Source: Lobosporangium transversale
Lineage: Eukaryota
Direction: 5' to 3'
Assembly: GCF_002105155.1 (NCBI RefSeq)
Contig: NW_019029008.1
Coordinates: 1-64,000, forward strand
Length of the DNA: 64,000 nucleotides
Below, in pieces: positions 1-13,194 of the stretch (position 1 is its first letter; each line of letters begins with the position of its first letter). The notes under the pieces were generated by a model that had not been told where the DNA came from, made no database searches, and worked only from the letters and a program-made list of their open reading frames with translations. The position numbers and the translations under genes are program-made.

Positions 1-514
1 AGAAGAAAGTTTAATTCGAAAGCAACTCGAGCGGTTGGAGGAACAAACAAGGAAGGTTCGAGCGAATAAGAACCTGGAGGTGGGCATGATAAATTTGAAT
101 ATGCAGGTGGACAGCATGAGTATCAATAACGGCAGTATAAGGACCCACTATCCTCATCACCATCCTCATCACCATCCTCATCACCATCCTCATCCTCATC
201 ACCATCCTCATCCTCATCACCGTAATGGTATTAATAATAGTAATAACAATGGTGCGGATATGGGTGTACAAAGCGTTAGCATGGATATGAATATGGGCAC
301 GGGTATGAATATGGGCATCAATGTGAACATGGGTATGCCTTTGGGGTTGGGTTTCGAAGTTGGTGGTGTAAGCATGGAGCACGGAGGCAGCACAGCCACA
401 ACCATAACAGCCACCAGCGCGGGGATTAATACAGCCCACCATCTTGATATGAACGTTACTTCGTTCCTGGGTGAATTCGGTCAGGGACAATACATCTTTT
501 CTGGGGCCCCTTAG
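1..514 (+). CDS. 3' end of a gene running in from the left edge; low-complexity C-terminus with His-Pro and Met/Asn/Gly repeats, function unknown
   Basis: Frame is open from base 2 (EESLIRKQLERLEEQTRK...) to TAG at 512-514, followed by an AT-rich 3' region; no recognisable domain. Confidence 0.6.
   Translation, partial: EESLIRKQLERLEEQTRKVRANKNLEVGMINLNMQVDSMSINNGSIRTHYPHHHPHHHPHHHPHPHHHPHPHHRNGINNSNNNGADMGVQSVSMDMNMGTGMNMGINVNMGMPLGLGFEVGGVSMEHGGSTATTITATSAGINTAHHLDMNVTSFLGEFGQGQYIFSGAP
149..222 (+). repeat. Coding microsatellite of CAT/CAC/CCT units encoding (HHHP/HP)n
   Basis: Tandem catcaccatcct and catcct units are directly visible. Confidence 0.9.
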
Positions 515-747
515 ATCATATGTAGAATAATAAAAGTCTTTTTTTCTTCTTCTTCTTCTTCTTGTTACAGGGTCTTGAAGGGCTGAAAACATATCTCGTG
601 GATATGTAAAGTTTTCACTTGATGGGCTTCCATGGCCATAAAATAGTTAATTTTTTAATTTTTAAGATGCCATTTGCCTCCACCCAAGGCTTTATTTTCT
701 TATATACATTGTTTATTATATATATTATTTATTATATTATTGTTGCT

Positions 748-778
<31 letters not shown>

Positions 779-819
779 GTTCATCCCTCTACTCTCGAAC
801 TCTGTTTTAATGTTACTGC

Positions 820-2043
820 TCATACTGCATGTGATGATTGACTGGTAGAAACTGGTAATGATCCAGAGCCAATTGAATCCAATGCTTGCTCCACCTCAGA
901 CTTAAATGTTCCCAAAGGCGATCCCACATATACGACAACTCCATCAACTAACATGACTGCACAAGGAATAGCTCTGTATCCAGATGGCTTGTATACAGCT
1001 ATGTAGAGTATAAGGATGTATATCGCATACAAAAGTTAGTATCAGTTTAAACATGTTGGTCATATATATATATATATAACATGTTCTCCTTGTTTTGTTT
1101 TGTCTTACAATCTTTTGCAAACCCCTCTGCATTGTCAACCAGCATTGTATATCGAAATGCTTCTTGATGCTCATCGAGAAACGTGTTGAGAAGATCTATA
1201 TCGGTCGGTTTAGTTGTGCTAAAGATACTCTCATTATTGATTCCGATGAAAGCTACTTGTCCCGCGAATTCCTCTGCCAATTGTGATACTTCTGGTCCTG
1301 CCTCTAGACACGGATCGCACCTATAGGGGTTCAAGATGAATATGAGAAGTTGGAAGGATTAACATGATGGTCACTTTTTTCTTTAAATCTTTCACTGTAG
1401 TGATTCAGAATGGGCATTAATAAAAAAATAAAAAAAATACAATAGGATCAATCTAAGAATCCCATTTCTCTTGCTGCTCCAGCTGTTAGAAATAAGTAAG
1501 ATTAAAGCCAGAGAGATGGCAATTAGATATGCCCGCTTGAAAATGCTCTTAAACGCCGCATTTTTTTTTTTACACCAATGATAGGCACCAATTGAGTTCT
1601 CTACAATTGTCTCACTCCAACACCTCATCTCGTTGTCAATTACTAATTACTCACCAACTGGCCCAAAAATCAAGAACAACGACTCTTTCTTGACCTCGGT
1701 AATGAGGCCCAGAGATGTATGCACATTTAGAGACAATGACCATAGGATCGATTTTCATTCCCAAGATGGGACTTCTCCAACCTGGACGGAAACAGGGGGC
1801 AGGTCCCTTTTTGAGCTCTGCTCGGATCGCGTCATACGACTGAATCTTGAAGCGAGCGAGGAGCTCGAATGGATCTGCAAATCCAATTTCTTGAGCGCGT
1901 GTCTTGAATTGATCAACGGCGCGATCAAAGGGTTCATCTTCCCACTTATCCTCATACTTATCCTTGAATGGCTTTTCAAGAATAGTAGTATAAGCATCAA
2001 TTAAGAGCTTCTCTGTATCTGTTAAAGGTGGGTTAGGAGCCAT
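820..2043 (-). CDS. TlpA/ResA-like thioredoxin-fold protein with a ~100-aa N-terminal extension; 3 exons (2043-1655, 1320-1109, 998-820)
   Basis: Splicing GT-AG introns joins VVVLDFWASW to CDPC (WCDPC); AFIGIN and the cis-Pro motif AIPCAVMLVDG follow in frame. Confidence 0.9.
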
Positions 2044-2906
2044 TTTTTTTTTTCTTTTTTCTTTCTTTGCGCCAACTATTGTTGTTATTGTTTGTTATTG
2101 TTGTTGTTGTTGTTGTTGATCTTTGATCAAATCAATTAGTAAATAAATCGTGTATATTGAAAGAAAAGAGTCTGTCAAGTTAACTAGAGAAGCAGTGGAG
2201 AACGTTGAATGTTGAAGTTCGAAGTGTAAATGCTGACGAATGTAGATGACAAACAGGAATGATGAGAATGTGTGACAGAAAAAGAAAAAGGAAAAAAAAA
2301 AAAAAAAAAGAGAATGAAGGGTAGATGATTAGAAAAAAAAATAAAAATAAAAGTTAGTGATGAAGGAAGAAGGAAAGAGTCAAGAACGTTTGTTGCTTAT
2401 TTTATTTCATTCATACTCATAGCGACCAATGTTCACAACGACTTGCCCAGGAACGGGTAGGTCAATAAGCGGCACAGCCCCGAGCATAGTCGTGCACCAC
2501 AACCAGGTGAAGGAGAAGGAGGTCAATTTCCTTCTATCTATTCTTTCTATTGCTCCTCCTGCTCATTGGTTCCGCCGTCTTGCCTTTTTATGCTTGTCCA
2601 TTTTGTATGCATCCTTTTTGTGCAACATGGGAAGATGGTCGAACTTGACAAACACACGTTCATCGAATACATGGAAATATTCTGAACCTTTTCTTTCAAT
2701 TAAATTATGCAGCTTATACCCTAAAGAGCTGGTCTGGACCTTTTTTTTTGTACCTAGAACACATTGGCAGATGATGCATGCGCACACTCCACTTTTCTTT
2801 CATTCCTTCTTTGTTGTCTATATTTTACTATGAAGGCAATCGTTATTGCTACAGATAATGAGATAGTATGTACAAATACAATACAAGACACAAAGTCTAG
2901 ATTATT

Positions 2907-4478
2907 TCAAGACGAAAGGGTGGTTGTGGATCCTGCGGTATTTCCAGGTGTTGACGCTTGTGATGACCTACTTGAGGGTGTTATGCTCGGATTGGTAGTC
3001 TGGCTCATAGTTTCTGACGCACCACCATTGCTTCCTGACGGAGTTTCAGCTCCAGCTCCTGATCCAGAGGAAGGAGATGTTGGCTCTGTTACATGCTTCC
3101 TGGCATTCACAGGACATGGTACCCTATCAACATTGAAACTAAACTGTGGTTTCCAAATCCAGGAGAGACCCCGTATAAACATCTTGCCTCCAATGGTTAG
3201 ATTGATACCGGGCACCAAAGCGCCTGAACTCAGATCCACAGGTTTGCATGCAGTAAAAAGTTCCTGGAGTGTGCCATCTGCATTCGTGTCAATCTTCAAT
3301 GACCGATAATCGAGTGTCATGGGCACAGAGATCACCTGAGCTATCCGAGGTCTGATCAAAAACGACGAAGGAAGACCTTCATTATTGCCTATCTTTGTCT
3401 GATCAATCTTCATCCACACCTAAATAGAAGAGCAAAAGAAAATTTGGTTAAAACGAGCCTGTACATATTTGTATTTTTTTTAGAAGGAAAAAAAAAAAAC
3501 ACTTACCCCCATTTCGAGGGATGTGAATCGCAGAGGCACATAGTTAACTTGACTATCTACACGCATTTGCAGTGAAAATGATTCTTGGATTTGATTTTTG
3601 GTCACAACAGGATCACCTAAAGGTGTAACTGATTCAAAGCTGAAGCTTGGGGATCTTGGCACGACAAAGTACAATGCTACGGCCAGACATATCAAAACCA
3701 CAAATGAAATGTATACGCAAGTTCTTCTGGAGCAGCACCAGCATCGCTTCGAATCCTTTTGTCGAAGTGCTCCACGTTCCTGACCCTCTTCTTCATCAGA
3801 ATCCTCTGAATTATAACACTGTTTCTTTTTGCCTTTACTAGAAAGACTACTTTGGCCGACACCACTTGGAGTTCCTGTTTCTGATGAAGTTTTTGGGATG
3901 ACATCAGCATTCTTGCCTTCCTCCTCTTGCTTGAGCCGCTGCTGACTCGAATGTGCATTGGGCAAGGGGTATTGATCCGGTATCGAGGTTGTTTGATCAG
4001 GTTCTAGACTATGAAGTCTACGCATTTCATATTGTTGATGACCACCATTACCATTGTGGCCTCCTCCTCCTCCACTGTTAGTGCTGCTTAGAGAATACTT
4101 GGAACTGTGAGTCATTTGATTCATTTCTTCAAAAGATGCAGGTGAATCATGATAAGGAGAGTGTGATCCTCTTTGTTGAAACTGGTGGTGATGGTGTTGA
4201 GAATAAGCTGAGCGATAAGGATCTGATCTATAATCTTGGCGATCTTGCGTTTGCAAAATGGGGCTGGAAGGATAAGGTGGATGGGATGGTTGTTGAACCG
4301 GCTGATAGCCTTTAAATGACGATGGGTCTACGCCAGCTCCCAAAGATTCTCCTGCAGCTGCAGAACTTTCTGTACTGGTCTGCGTACGAGCCCACAGAGG
4401 CTGACTGGCAGCCAATGTTGGTGAACCTTGTTCGTCGGGCACGCTCTGGTAGCCCTCTGATGTCCTGTAAGCACGCAT
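2907..4478 (-). CDS. Single-pass membrane protein with disordered N-terminus and C-terminal LEA_2-like beta-sandwich; 2 exons (4478-3507, 3419-2907)
   Basis: Cys-rich juxtamembrane segment RCWCCSRRTC, TM helix, then VVPRSPSF and FSLQMRVDSQVNYVPL; the GT-AG intron 3506-3420 keeps frame. Confidence 0.75.
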
Positions 4479-5012
4479 GGTAGGGTGTGCCTGGGCTAGA
4501 GATTGTGTCTGCAATTGTCCTTGTACCTGTGGCTGGAGCTGAATCTGAGACTGGTAATCTTTATTGAGCGAAGCAAGCAAAAGGATAGTCGATGAAATAG
4601 GATGAGTGTGTGAGGACGAACAATAGGAAGAGCAAAAAGAAGGATATCAAATAAGAAAAGCAAGGGGAGTGAACGAAATACCAAAGTGTCAAGATGAGAG
4701 GAATGATGATGATGTGTTGCTATTAATTCGATGGGCGTAAAAATGATAAAAATAAAAGTAAATTTAGACAAAGGGGTGGCGCACGATCCACCTGCCCTAT
4801 TAGCATGTTTGAGCCACGCTTTGCCTTTTGTCATATTACCATAGCCACTTCTTGGTCAGTCATGCCCACCAGGCAAGGACGCACACATCGGTTAAAACAT
4901 TAACTACCATCGCACTGTCTTTGTTACAGTCAAAATCGGTCAGAGTAAAATTCATTACACACTAAGCTGATAATTAATAACCGATCCTTCTCTGGTTCCA
5001 AAAACGATCTCA

Positions 5013-6050
5013 CTAAGGATCTCCCATCCCGACCATATCACCTCTCCTCGCATCCCGTAACTGCCTCCTGACCACACTCCCACAACTCACGCACAGACCA
5101 GAAAAGCTCCTTTCAGGTTCTGGGTTGTCTGTGCAGGCAATAATAATAAAAAAGCTTTTTTTTCAAATAAAAGGAATCCTAACTGAAAAAAGAACAGACT
5201 AACTTTGTGCTTGACTTCCAGAAAGTGTACAATAAATGCACAAAACACAGAAAAAAATGAATGATGGGAGCAGAAATAGCGTACGAAGACCTGTGATGCG
5301 TGGATGGTGTAAGAGCATCGCATCATACCTCCCCTCACACTTACCATTCTTGACTCCTCGAGCAGATATACTAGACGTCCGAAAACGATACGGATCACGG
5401 ATAGGTGAATCAATACTAGGCGCCCGACGCGTGGGACTCGAGTTGACTAAATTCTTCTCTCTTCCAAAGCTGGTTGGAAATGGATGACTATGTGACGAAT
5501 ATGGTAGCATAGAAGGTTCCAATGGAGAAGAAGAATAGGAAGAAGGCGGAGAGCAGTCTACTCCGAAGGAAGTTAAGATTAGTGGTGGACTCGGTGTACC
5601 TGTAGGAAGTAGTGAGGGTACTCTAGGGATGACTGGAGGTCCATTAAGACTGGAAAAACTACTACCAGAGCTGTACTGCCTAGTACGACGAGTTTGATCA
5701 AGTCTTTCGCCAGAGTGTTGTCTTTGACGCGTCTGCGGTGCTGTTGTGTTGCCGGAAGGCGAAGCTACTACAATGGCTGTAACAGGACAGGGTGCTGATC
5801 TAGGAGAAGAAGGAGAAGAATGTGGAGCTGGGGCGACGAGAGGGGCTGGCTTCCGTTTGGATGTTGGAGAAAGAGGCGGGGTTTTAGTCGGACGAGAGGT
5901 CGGAGGTGTGTTCTTTCTGATGTGTGCTTGGTGTGGAATCTTGATATCTGTCACCACCGCGTCTAAGTGGTTTAAAGAGCGAGTGGTTCCAGGATGAGCA
6001 GCAACCTCTACTGATGTGGCCGCACGTGGATACACTGGCAAGGGCTCCAT
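5013..6050 (-). CDS. Hypothetical Pro/Ser-rich protein with one C-terminal TM helix; 2 exons (6050-5204, 5128-5013)
   Basis: Long ORF from ATG 6050; hydrophobic LFLLPSFIFFCVLCIYC; a gttagt...cag intron gives an in-frame last exon ending TAG at 5013-5015. Confidence 0.65.
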
Positions 6051-8338
6051 GGCGCGGAAATGTGTGTCAATAGTGGTTTTGTGACTAAAAGGATGGTTTG
6101 CCACTCTCTTCAGCGATATCAAACCCATCCACAGCAGATGTGGCGATGTTCTCGTATTTGTTGTTCTGTTGATTTTGAAAACCAAATAGCGGGATAAGGG
6201 ACAAAAGACAAAGGATTGAGGACAAGAAAAATATTTTATGGTGGCGAATGAACTGATGAAATGGCAAAATTATATTGGAGACAGAGAATTATGCCCTACA
6301 CGAATGAATGGGCCGCGATTTCATGCATGGCATGGTAAGAAGACGTAAAGAAATGCTTCTGTAATGAAGGTGTGAGAGCTGAATGTAGGAAAAAAGTATA
6401 GAAGGTTACAAAAGGGAAAAAGTTTACATGCTTCTTCCTCTTCCCGCCAGCCTTTTTCTCCCAGGAACAGCTGGGTCAGTTGTCTTTGGGCAGGGGCATT
6501 GACAGAGGAATAAGGAGATTACATGATGAGTGTGTATGCAAACGGCAAAAGTTCAAAGATTCAGTTCCAGTGCTTCCATCATGTGTTTATTTGTTTTGAG
6601 CATGTTACGATATGTTGATAGCTTTTTTTTTGTGTAAGGGACATTTCTTGGATGATGCTACACAGCTCTTTTACTATAATTACTTCATTGTAGAAAGAGG
6701 ATGTCATGAGTATCTATTTTAGATGCATAGTCATCCATTTGGCTTTACTTGGCTCTATTTAGCTCCAAATGGCTGGAATAATGGAAAGTAATGCTAATGC
6801 AAGCGGACTGCAGATTTTCATTTGTTGTAACGCCTTGGAGTTGGTCGACATTAGGAAACAACATTGGGTTTGAAAATTGACATTTGCTCGTAAACTTGGC
6901 TGCGACGGTTGATGTTGATGGTGGTATTATAGACCTTGCCCAGCAATCTTGGCTTAGGAATCGTACGTTTGGCCGGTATGGGTTAATAAATCGTAGGTAT
7001 TCCCGGAAAAGAAATCTCTAGCCAAAAATCGTTTTACAGCAAATTCGCCAACGTTAGGTGCCCTAGAGAGGTAAGTCCAACCGAGAGAGGTATAGGTGCA
7101 AAGTAGACGAGAACAGTTTAAACTGTCTGGAGAGTGGCTAGTTTGCTTTTCACCAGATAAGCCGACTGCAGAGCGTATGCAGTAATGATGCATGAGCACA
7201 TGAATTGTCAGGCAGAGCATAATGCGAGGTACAGCATTGAATGATTGGCAATAAATTGATGGAAATTCTATTCAGGAACTCTAAAAGCAATAATTATAAG
7301 AGAATCTGACAAAGACCTGTTCACATGCAGGTGTGTCTCTCTCCTGCTTACTGACGTGCATATTCATTAATGACCTGTGTGCGCGACATGGAGATAAATG
7401 CGCGGGTGTAGGAAGTTGAAAGATCGACGACCTTTTCAAATTAGCTTGTTTTCTTCGTGTCACCACTGAACCCTTGGACTTGTGCATGGCATTGCAGGAA
7501 TTGAGCCACACGGACGCTGATGCGAACCTCTTACCATTGTAATAAAGAACTTGGCTCTGATTGAGAAGGGCATGGGGGTGTAAAGAGAGGGGTAGGACAG
7601 ACCAAACAGGAGTTGACGCTTTCATCATGGGTTTTCTAACAATATCAAGTTGGATAAGATTGTTGAGATAGCAGAGAAGTTTTAAACGCTGCGCCCATTA
7701 ATCGTAGTTACAGACAATATTAAATAGACCACATCTAGAAACGACCGGGCCCCCATTCTCGGTGAGCAGCATTATCAAAGCACAGGATGTAACTATCTGT
7801 TTCTTGATCCGAAGTTCACCAGTTTGAACCGAAAGAGAGTAACACCATGGGGTTATTCAATAGCGAGTTTATAAGCTAGACAGAGGTTTGTGCCAAGCTT
7901 TTCCCCAAACTTATCCAAGAACGTGGTTTTGACGCGGAAAGTGAAGATTAGAAGGAAGGCGGAAAGCGTCAAGTAGTTCTGACACATTTAAATACACAAG
8001 GGAATGCTGGCCATATCATATTGGGCACGTGATAATGAGGGATCGCGAAGGGAGAGCCACTGCGGCTCATGGCTCATGGCTCATGGCGTAGTCATTATGA
8101 AATGGGCCGCCCTCAGGAATCGGGGTCAGGGCGCGCGCGCAAAAAAAAGAAGAGAGCATGGATCATTTGGATTCTTCTAAGTTCTTTTTGCATTCGACCT
8201 TCGACCACCATGCTTCAGATGCAAGGTCGACAAAAATTTCTGTCACACCGGATACCAGACATGCATTTGAGCTTTGGCCCGGTGGGCAACTATTTTTTTT
8301 TTTTAAAACAATTATTTTCTTCTCATTCCTTCATTCTT

Positions 8339-8369
<31 letters not shown>

Positions 8370-8482
8370 TCCAACCACTTCGCAGCATTACCACCATAGA
8401 CAACTAATTAACTAATTAACTATATATACCACCTATCTAATTAATTGGCATATAGCAATAATAAGAGCAAGAGTAACATAAA

Positions 8483-10766
8483 ATGTATCGACCACCTTCA
8501 CTTCCTTTGACTGTACCCGTCGCACCCAAACTTGAGCTCAAGATCAAATGCAGGTCAGCTGGGAACATGCTTTGGCAATGTCTACTCGGATTTTATCTTG
8601 CATAAGGAAATATATTTCCAGACTATGGATCTAACTTGATTTGTTTTACTTTTTATAAACTTTTCAACATTTGTAGAGGACTTGCAGATTTAGATATTCT
8701 CTCGAAATCTGACCCCCAATGTTTTGTTTTTATGATGGACCAGAAGACGAGAACATGGGCAACAGAGCCAATAGGAAGGACAGAGATGGTTCTGAACAAG
8801 TTGGACTGTGATTTTGTCCAGAGTATCATTATTGATTATCGTTTTGAATCTATTCAGCCTATTCGTTTCACGATGGTGGACGTTGATAATCGCAACAATC
8901 CTTCATGGAAAGCTCAAGAGCTCATTGGGCATTTCGACACAGAAGTTGGAAAGATTGGTAAATTGCGCTACTTTCATTCTTTGATATGGTGTTATGTATT
9001 CAATTAAGAGCACCAGGCTTACCAACAAAGTCAATTTGCTGTGTTTCTAGTTGGAAGCAGAGGTAGAACCCTTGCTGGTCGGCTAGAACACCCACAACAC
9101 CGCAGCTCTCATCGCGGAACTATTATTGTTTGCGCGGAAGAGCAGTCTCTGTCAAAGCGTGTGATCAAGTATGTTTTTGAATTGAGGATATGGATTTTTT
9201 AAAAAAGGTTCATGATGTGATTGTCGATTGTTGCTAAATCTTATACTTTATGATAATTTTAGGTTCAACATTGAGGCCACAAAGATTGCCAAAAAGGGCT
9301 TTTTCCGTTCAGAGCCTAGTTCATTCTTTACCATCCATCGTGCCTCAGAGAACGGCGTCTTTTCGCCAATATATCAGTCTCCGGTGATTCGATCAAAATA
9401 CAATCCAATCTGGCCAGAGTTCTCTATTAAGGAGAATCTACTTTGTAATGGCGATCCAAACAGACAACTTAAAATCGAGGTGAAGAAGTTCAAGGAAAAT
9501 GGGCGTAAGGCACTAATATTTGAAGAAAGCTTCTGTCACGCTTTTTACACAAATAATATTATATAACTGATCAAGGAATGCCTTTTTTCTTACTTTCAAT
9601 GCTCGATTTCAAGTAGAGCACGTTACAATCGGTAATACCCCAGTCTTTACCTTGCAGGAGCTTTTGGGTACTCAAATGCCAAAGCCTTTCCCATTATCGC
9701 CTATGCCTGTCGGTACTGAGTTGTTGATCAGGAGGATGGTAGTCACGGAGTCTCCATCGTTCCTTGATTATCTAGCTGGTGGAGTGCCTCTGAATCTAGT
9801 TGTTGCGATCGATTTCACTCAAAGTAACGGCGATCCACGTAACCCAAAATCGTTGCACTACAGAAGCCCAACTGGTGAAAATGATTATACGCGTGCTATC
9901 CGTAGTGTAGGTAATATTCTGCAATGCTACGATACGGATAAGAAATTCCCTGCTTATGGCTTTGGTGGGAGAGTGAATGGCCAAGTGAGCCACTGTTTTG
10001 CTCTTAATGGAAACCCGCAATATGTAAGTGTTCAAGCGCTTTTTCAAAAAGTGTAACGTTTATTGAGATATCCAGTTTACTAATGTGATTTTTTTCGTGA
10101 CAACATGGTATGATGCTAAATTAGCCCGAAGTGGACGGAGTAGAAGGGATTCTTGCCGCATACTGGCATGCACTGCAATATGCCGAACTATATGGCCCTA
10201 CTAATTTCTCGCCTGTCATCAATCAGACAGCAGCTATTTGTAACCAGCATCGATCAGGCGATTTGGAAGAGTACTATGTACTTTTGATCCTCACTGATGG
10301 AGTCATCACAGACATGGACAATACTATCCGTGCAATTATAGCGGCATCGCGATTACCAATGTCAATCATTATTATAGGTATTGGGCCAGCTAACTTCGAC
10401 AATATGAACGTATTGGATGCAGATGATGAACCACTTCGAGCCAACGGGATGACTATGGCACGCGATATTGTCCAGTTTGTTCCCTTCCGAGATTTTCAAG
10501 GAGGCGCGTTTGCAGACGAAGCTCTTGCAGAAGCTGTCCTTGCAGAGGTGCCTGATCAATTTGTGGACTATATGACACAACATCGTGTGCTGCCTCGTGC
10601 GCCCCCACGCGCTGATACTGTACAGGCAATGAACAATGGCGGAGTAGTATATAGTAGGCCTGTGTCAACTTTCAACACTGCTCCTATAATGGAAGGGTCC
10701 TCCAGCCTTAGGTCGCCACAAGTACAGAGCAGTCGCCTGTCATATCAGTCAGGAAAACAATATTAA
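8483..10766 (+). CDS. Copine (C2-C2-vWA Ca2+/phospholipid-binding protein), 6 exons
   Basis: C2 motif [14 protein letters not shown]; copine vWA motifs [59 protein letters not shown]. Confidence 0.95.
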
Positions 10767-11441
10767 GTTCATATACATTGTAATAAAGTAATAATAGTAC
10801 TGCGTCGCATGTGGGACTCAACGGTGTCCACAGTGAGAAGCAGTTCCAGACCCCAAGCATGTTTGTCTACAAAACCGAGGCAAATTCTACTAATACCATT
10901 GCCACACATGTACACATTGCGCTTGGATCCCAATGCATGCATACAATGTGAGTGCGCATGTGTCGTTGTGCTCTGGCCTCAAGCACCATTTTGTTCCCTC
11001 CATACTTGAATACTTTGCCCGAATACAATACGCGGTCATTTTCCACGACTAAGCATTGTAATTAAAATGCTTTCCTTCTTCCTATACAATCCACATTCTT
11101 GAACAAAACGATTCCATTTCCATTCCAATTTGCTCCTTTTTTAGAATCATTTTGCTCTTCGCTCCACTCGCCTCCAATACATATACGCTTCATCCTTCTC
11201 TCAGCTGAGCAAAAATATTATTACACATACGCGTCGAATCATTTTGCTTGTTTTTTCACCCGAACGCTACAAACAACAAGGTTTGATACTCTCTCTTCAT
11301 CTCCTGTAAATATTTATCTCCTTCCACTCTCTCATTTTACTCTTTGTAAGTTATTGCGCTGTTCGCCACTTCTTTTTCTCTAGTTGCTCAAAACATTCTG
11401 GCTGCTGCGGCAAGCTTGCAACAACAATTGTATAAGTTGTA

Positions 11442-11472
<31 letters not shown>

Positions 11473-11795
11473 GCCCAGGTGGTTTAGTTGCCGCACTCGA
11501 CAAAGAGTTGCACAGCATAAAATAGGAGTTTTGTTTTAGTGAAAGTGGCGCCTACTCTATTTTCTAGTTTCATTGCTCCTTCTCTGCCTCTCTCTCTGCC
11601 TCTCTCTCCCATCTTGTTATAGTACACCCATTCACTTATTCAACCGCTTTGCCATTCACTCTTAAACTGAAACAAACAGAATCTTTTTTTTTTGGGCGCT
11701 TATCTTGTTTCCGTGCTAAAAAAGCAGCCACCTGTCCCGCAGTTTCTACCAACCAAAAGCCTATCCTTGCGCCCCATTGTACGCGATATCTGAGC

Positions 11796-11832
<37 letters not shown>

Positions 11833-12015
11833 TCTACCGCCCTTGTTTTAGCTAACACTAAACGTACACTGTTTCTTTTATACTCTCCAGAACTGACGTT
11901 GGTCTCACACGGACTGCCTCATAGAAAGAGAAAAAAGAAAGTCTGCCATCTATCGCGAAAAATAATCAAAAAAATCTAAAAATCAAAAACAAAAAAAAAG
12001 TGGGCTTGGCGTTAC

Positions 12016-13149
12016 ATGATGACCTCCTCGGATAAAGAGCCCATTGAGACAGGCTTTCAAGAACCTTCACTACTGTCGCCACTTCAACCTGAAGGAGAAG
12101 CTCCGCAGATGATCGTTAACCACCACCGCCAGTTATCGATACAAGCAAAGGGTGTTCCGAAAGACCATTCAACTGATGCTGTTACAAAAGCAGCAACGCT
12201 CGGTTTCGCTGGTGTTGGACATGAGGATTACATAGATGAGATCAACCATGAAGAAGACATAGAACACGTTGAAGGATTCTATGATGATGACACGACTTCC
12301 GAGAACGAGTTGCGACAGGCGAGCATGGTTGCTTGGGCTGAAACATCAGGAAATGGCAGCGATGTCATTGCTCAAAGCTCGGATGACTATGGTGATGACA
12401 TGGACGATGGTCAAGACGATGAGGATGATGAGCTTGAAGACGATGACGACAACCTCTCAGAAGATACAGCCGACACTGATGATTTAGTTGAAAACCAAGG
12501 AAAGAACGACCACCACTACAATCGACCTATTCATCATGGTCCATACCCCAAATCTCGCCGGCAGGTCGAACAATTTAGAAGGAATCAGAATCGAACGAGT
12601 GTTTTGAGGAAAAGTCGTTTAAGGTTGCGGACAATCTCCAGTGCAGGCACACATACGGATTCAGCTGCAAAACCAGGTATCAACAGTGTCTTAAACCAGG
12701 ATGGAATTTCAGAAGATTCCCCATCTCGACAGGCTTTTGTCCAGACATGTGATGATGTCGCGCTTATGCTTCGCCAAGGTAGTAATATTGTCTGTTGTAA
12801 CAGCATAAAAAAGCACGACTTATTTGGTGGCATAAAGTTCCAGTTTTAATCCCAAAATACTCCATTAAATAACCCAGGTCCATTGCAGCACGGCCTTGAG
12901 ATCATATATCGGTGGATCACACATGCCATAGATCGGAGGAGATCAGGAGAGATACCACCAGGCTGCCTTCAGACTGCCGAACAATTACAGCTTCTTGAAG
13001 GCATTTACTTTTCAACGTGGGCGAAGGAGCTACTTGAACGAAGGTAAAAAGTGCATAATGCTTTACTATTGGTGCTGGGCAGCTTCTAAAGATTCTAAAC
13101 AATTACGTCTCCACTTCCTCCCTTATCTCTACTTCTCTAATTTTTTTTG

Positions 13150-13194
<45 letters not shown>

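Noticed and set aside
11..592. 193-aa minus-strand ORF with MRMVMR repeats
   Set aside because: It is the antisense shadow of the His-Pro microsatellite in the plus-strand CDS.
1640..1660. TGA immediately after DFWASW, at the first-Cys position (possible selenocysteine)
   Set aside because: The TGA is part of the GTGAGT splice donor. Splicing gives WCDPC, and read-through would hit another stop five codons later.
2429..2833. Short ORFs on both strands between the thioredoxin and LEA-like genes
   Set aside because: No recognisable motif or consistent exon structure.
6200..8400. 2.2-kb intergenic region with small ORFs and a (GGCTCAT)3 repeat
   Set aside because: No homology, RNA-gene signature or terminal repeats that I could support.
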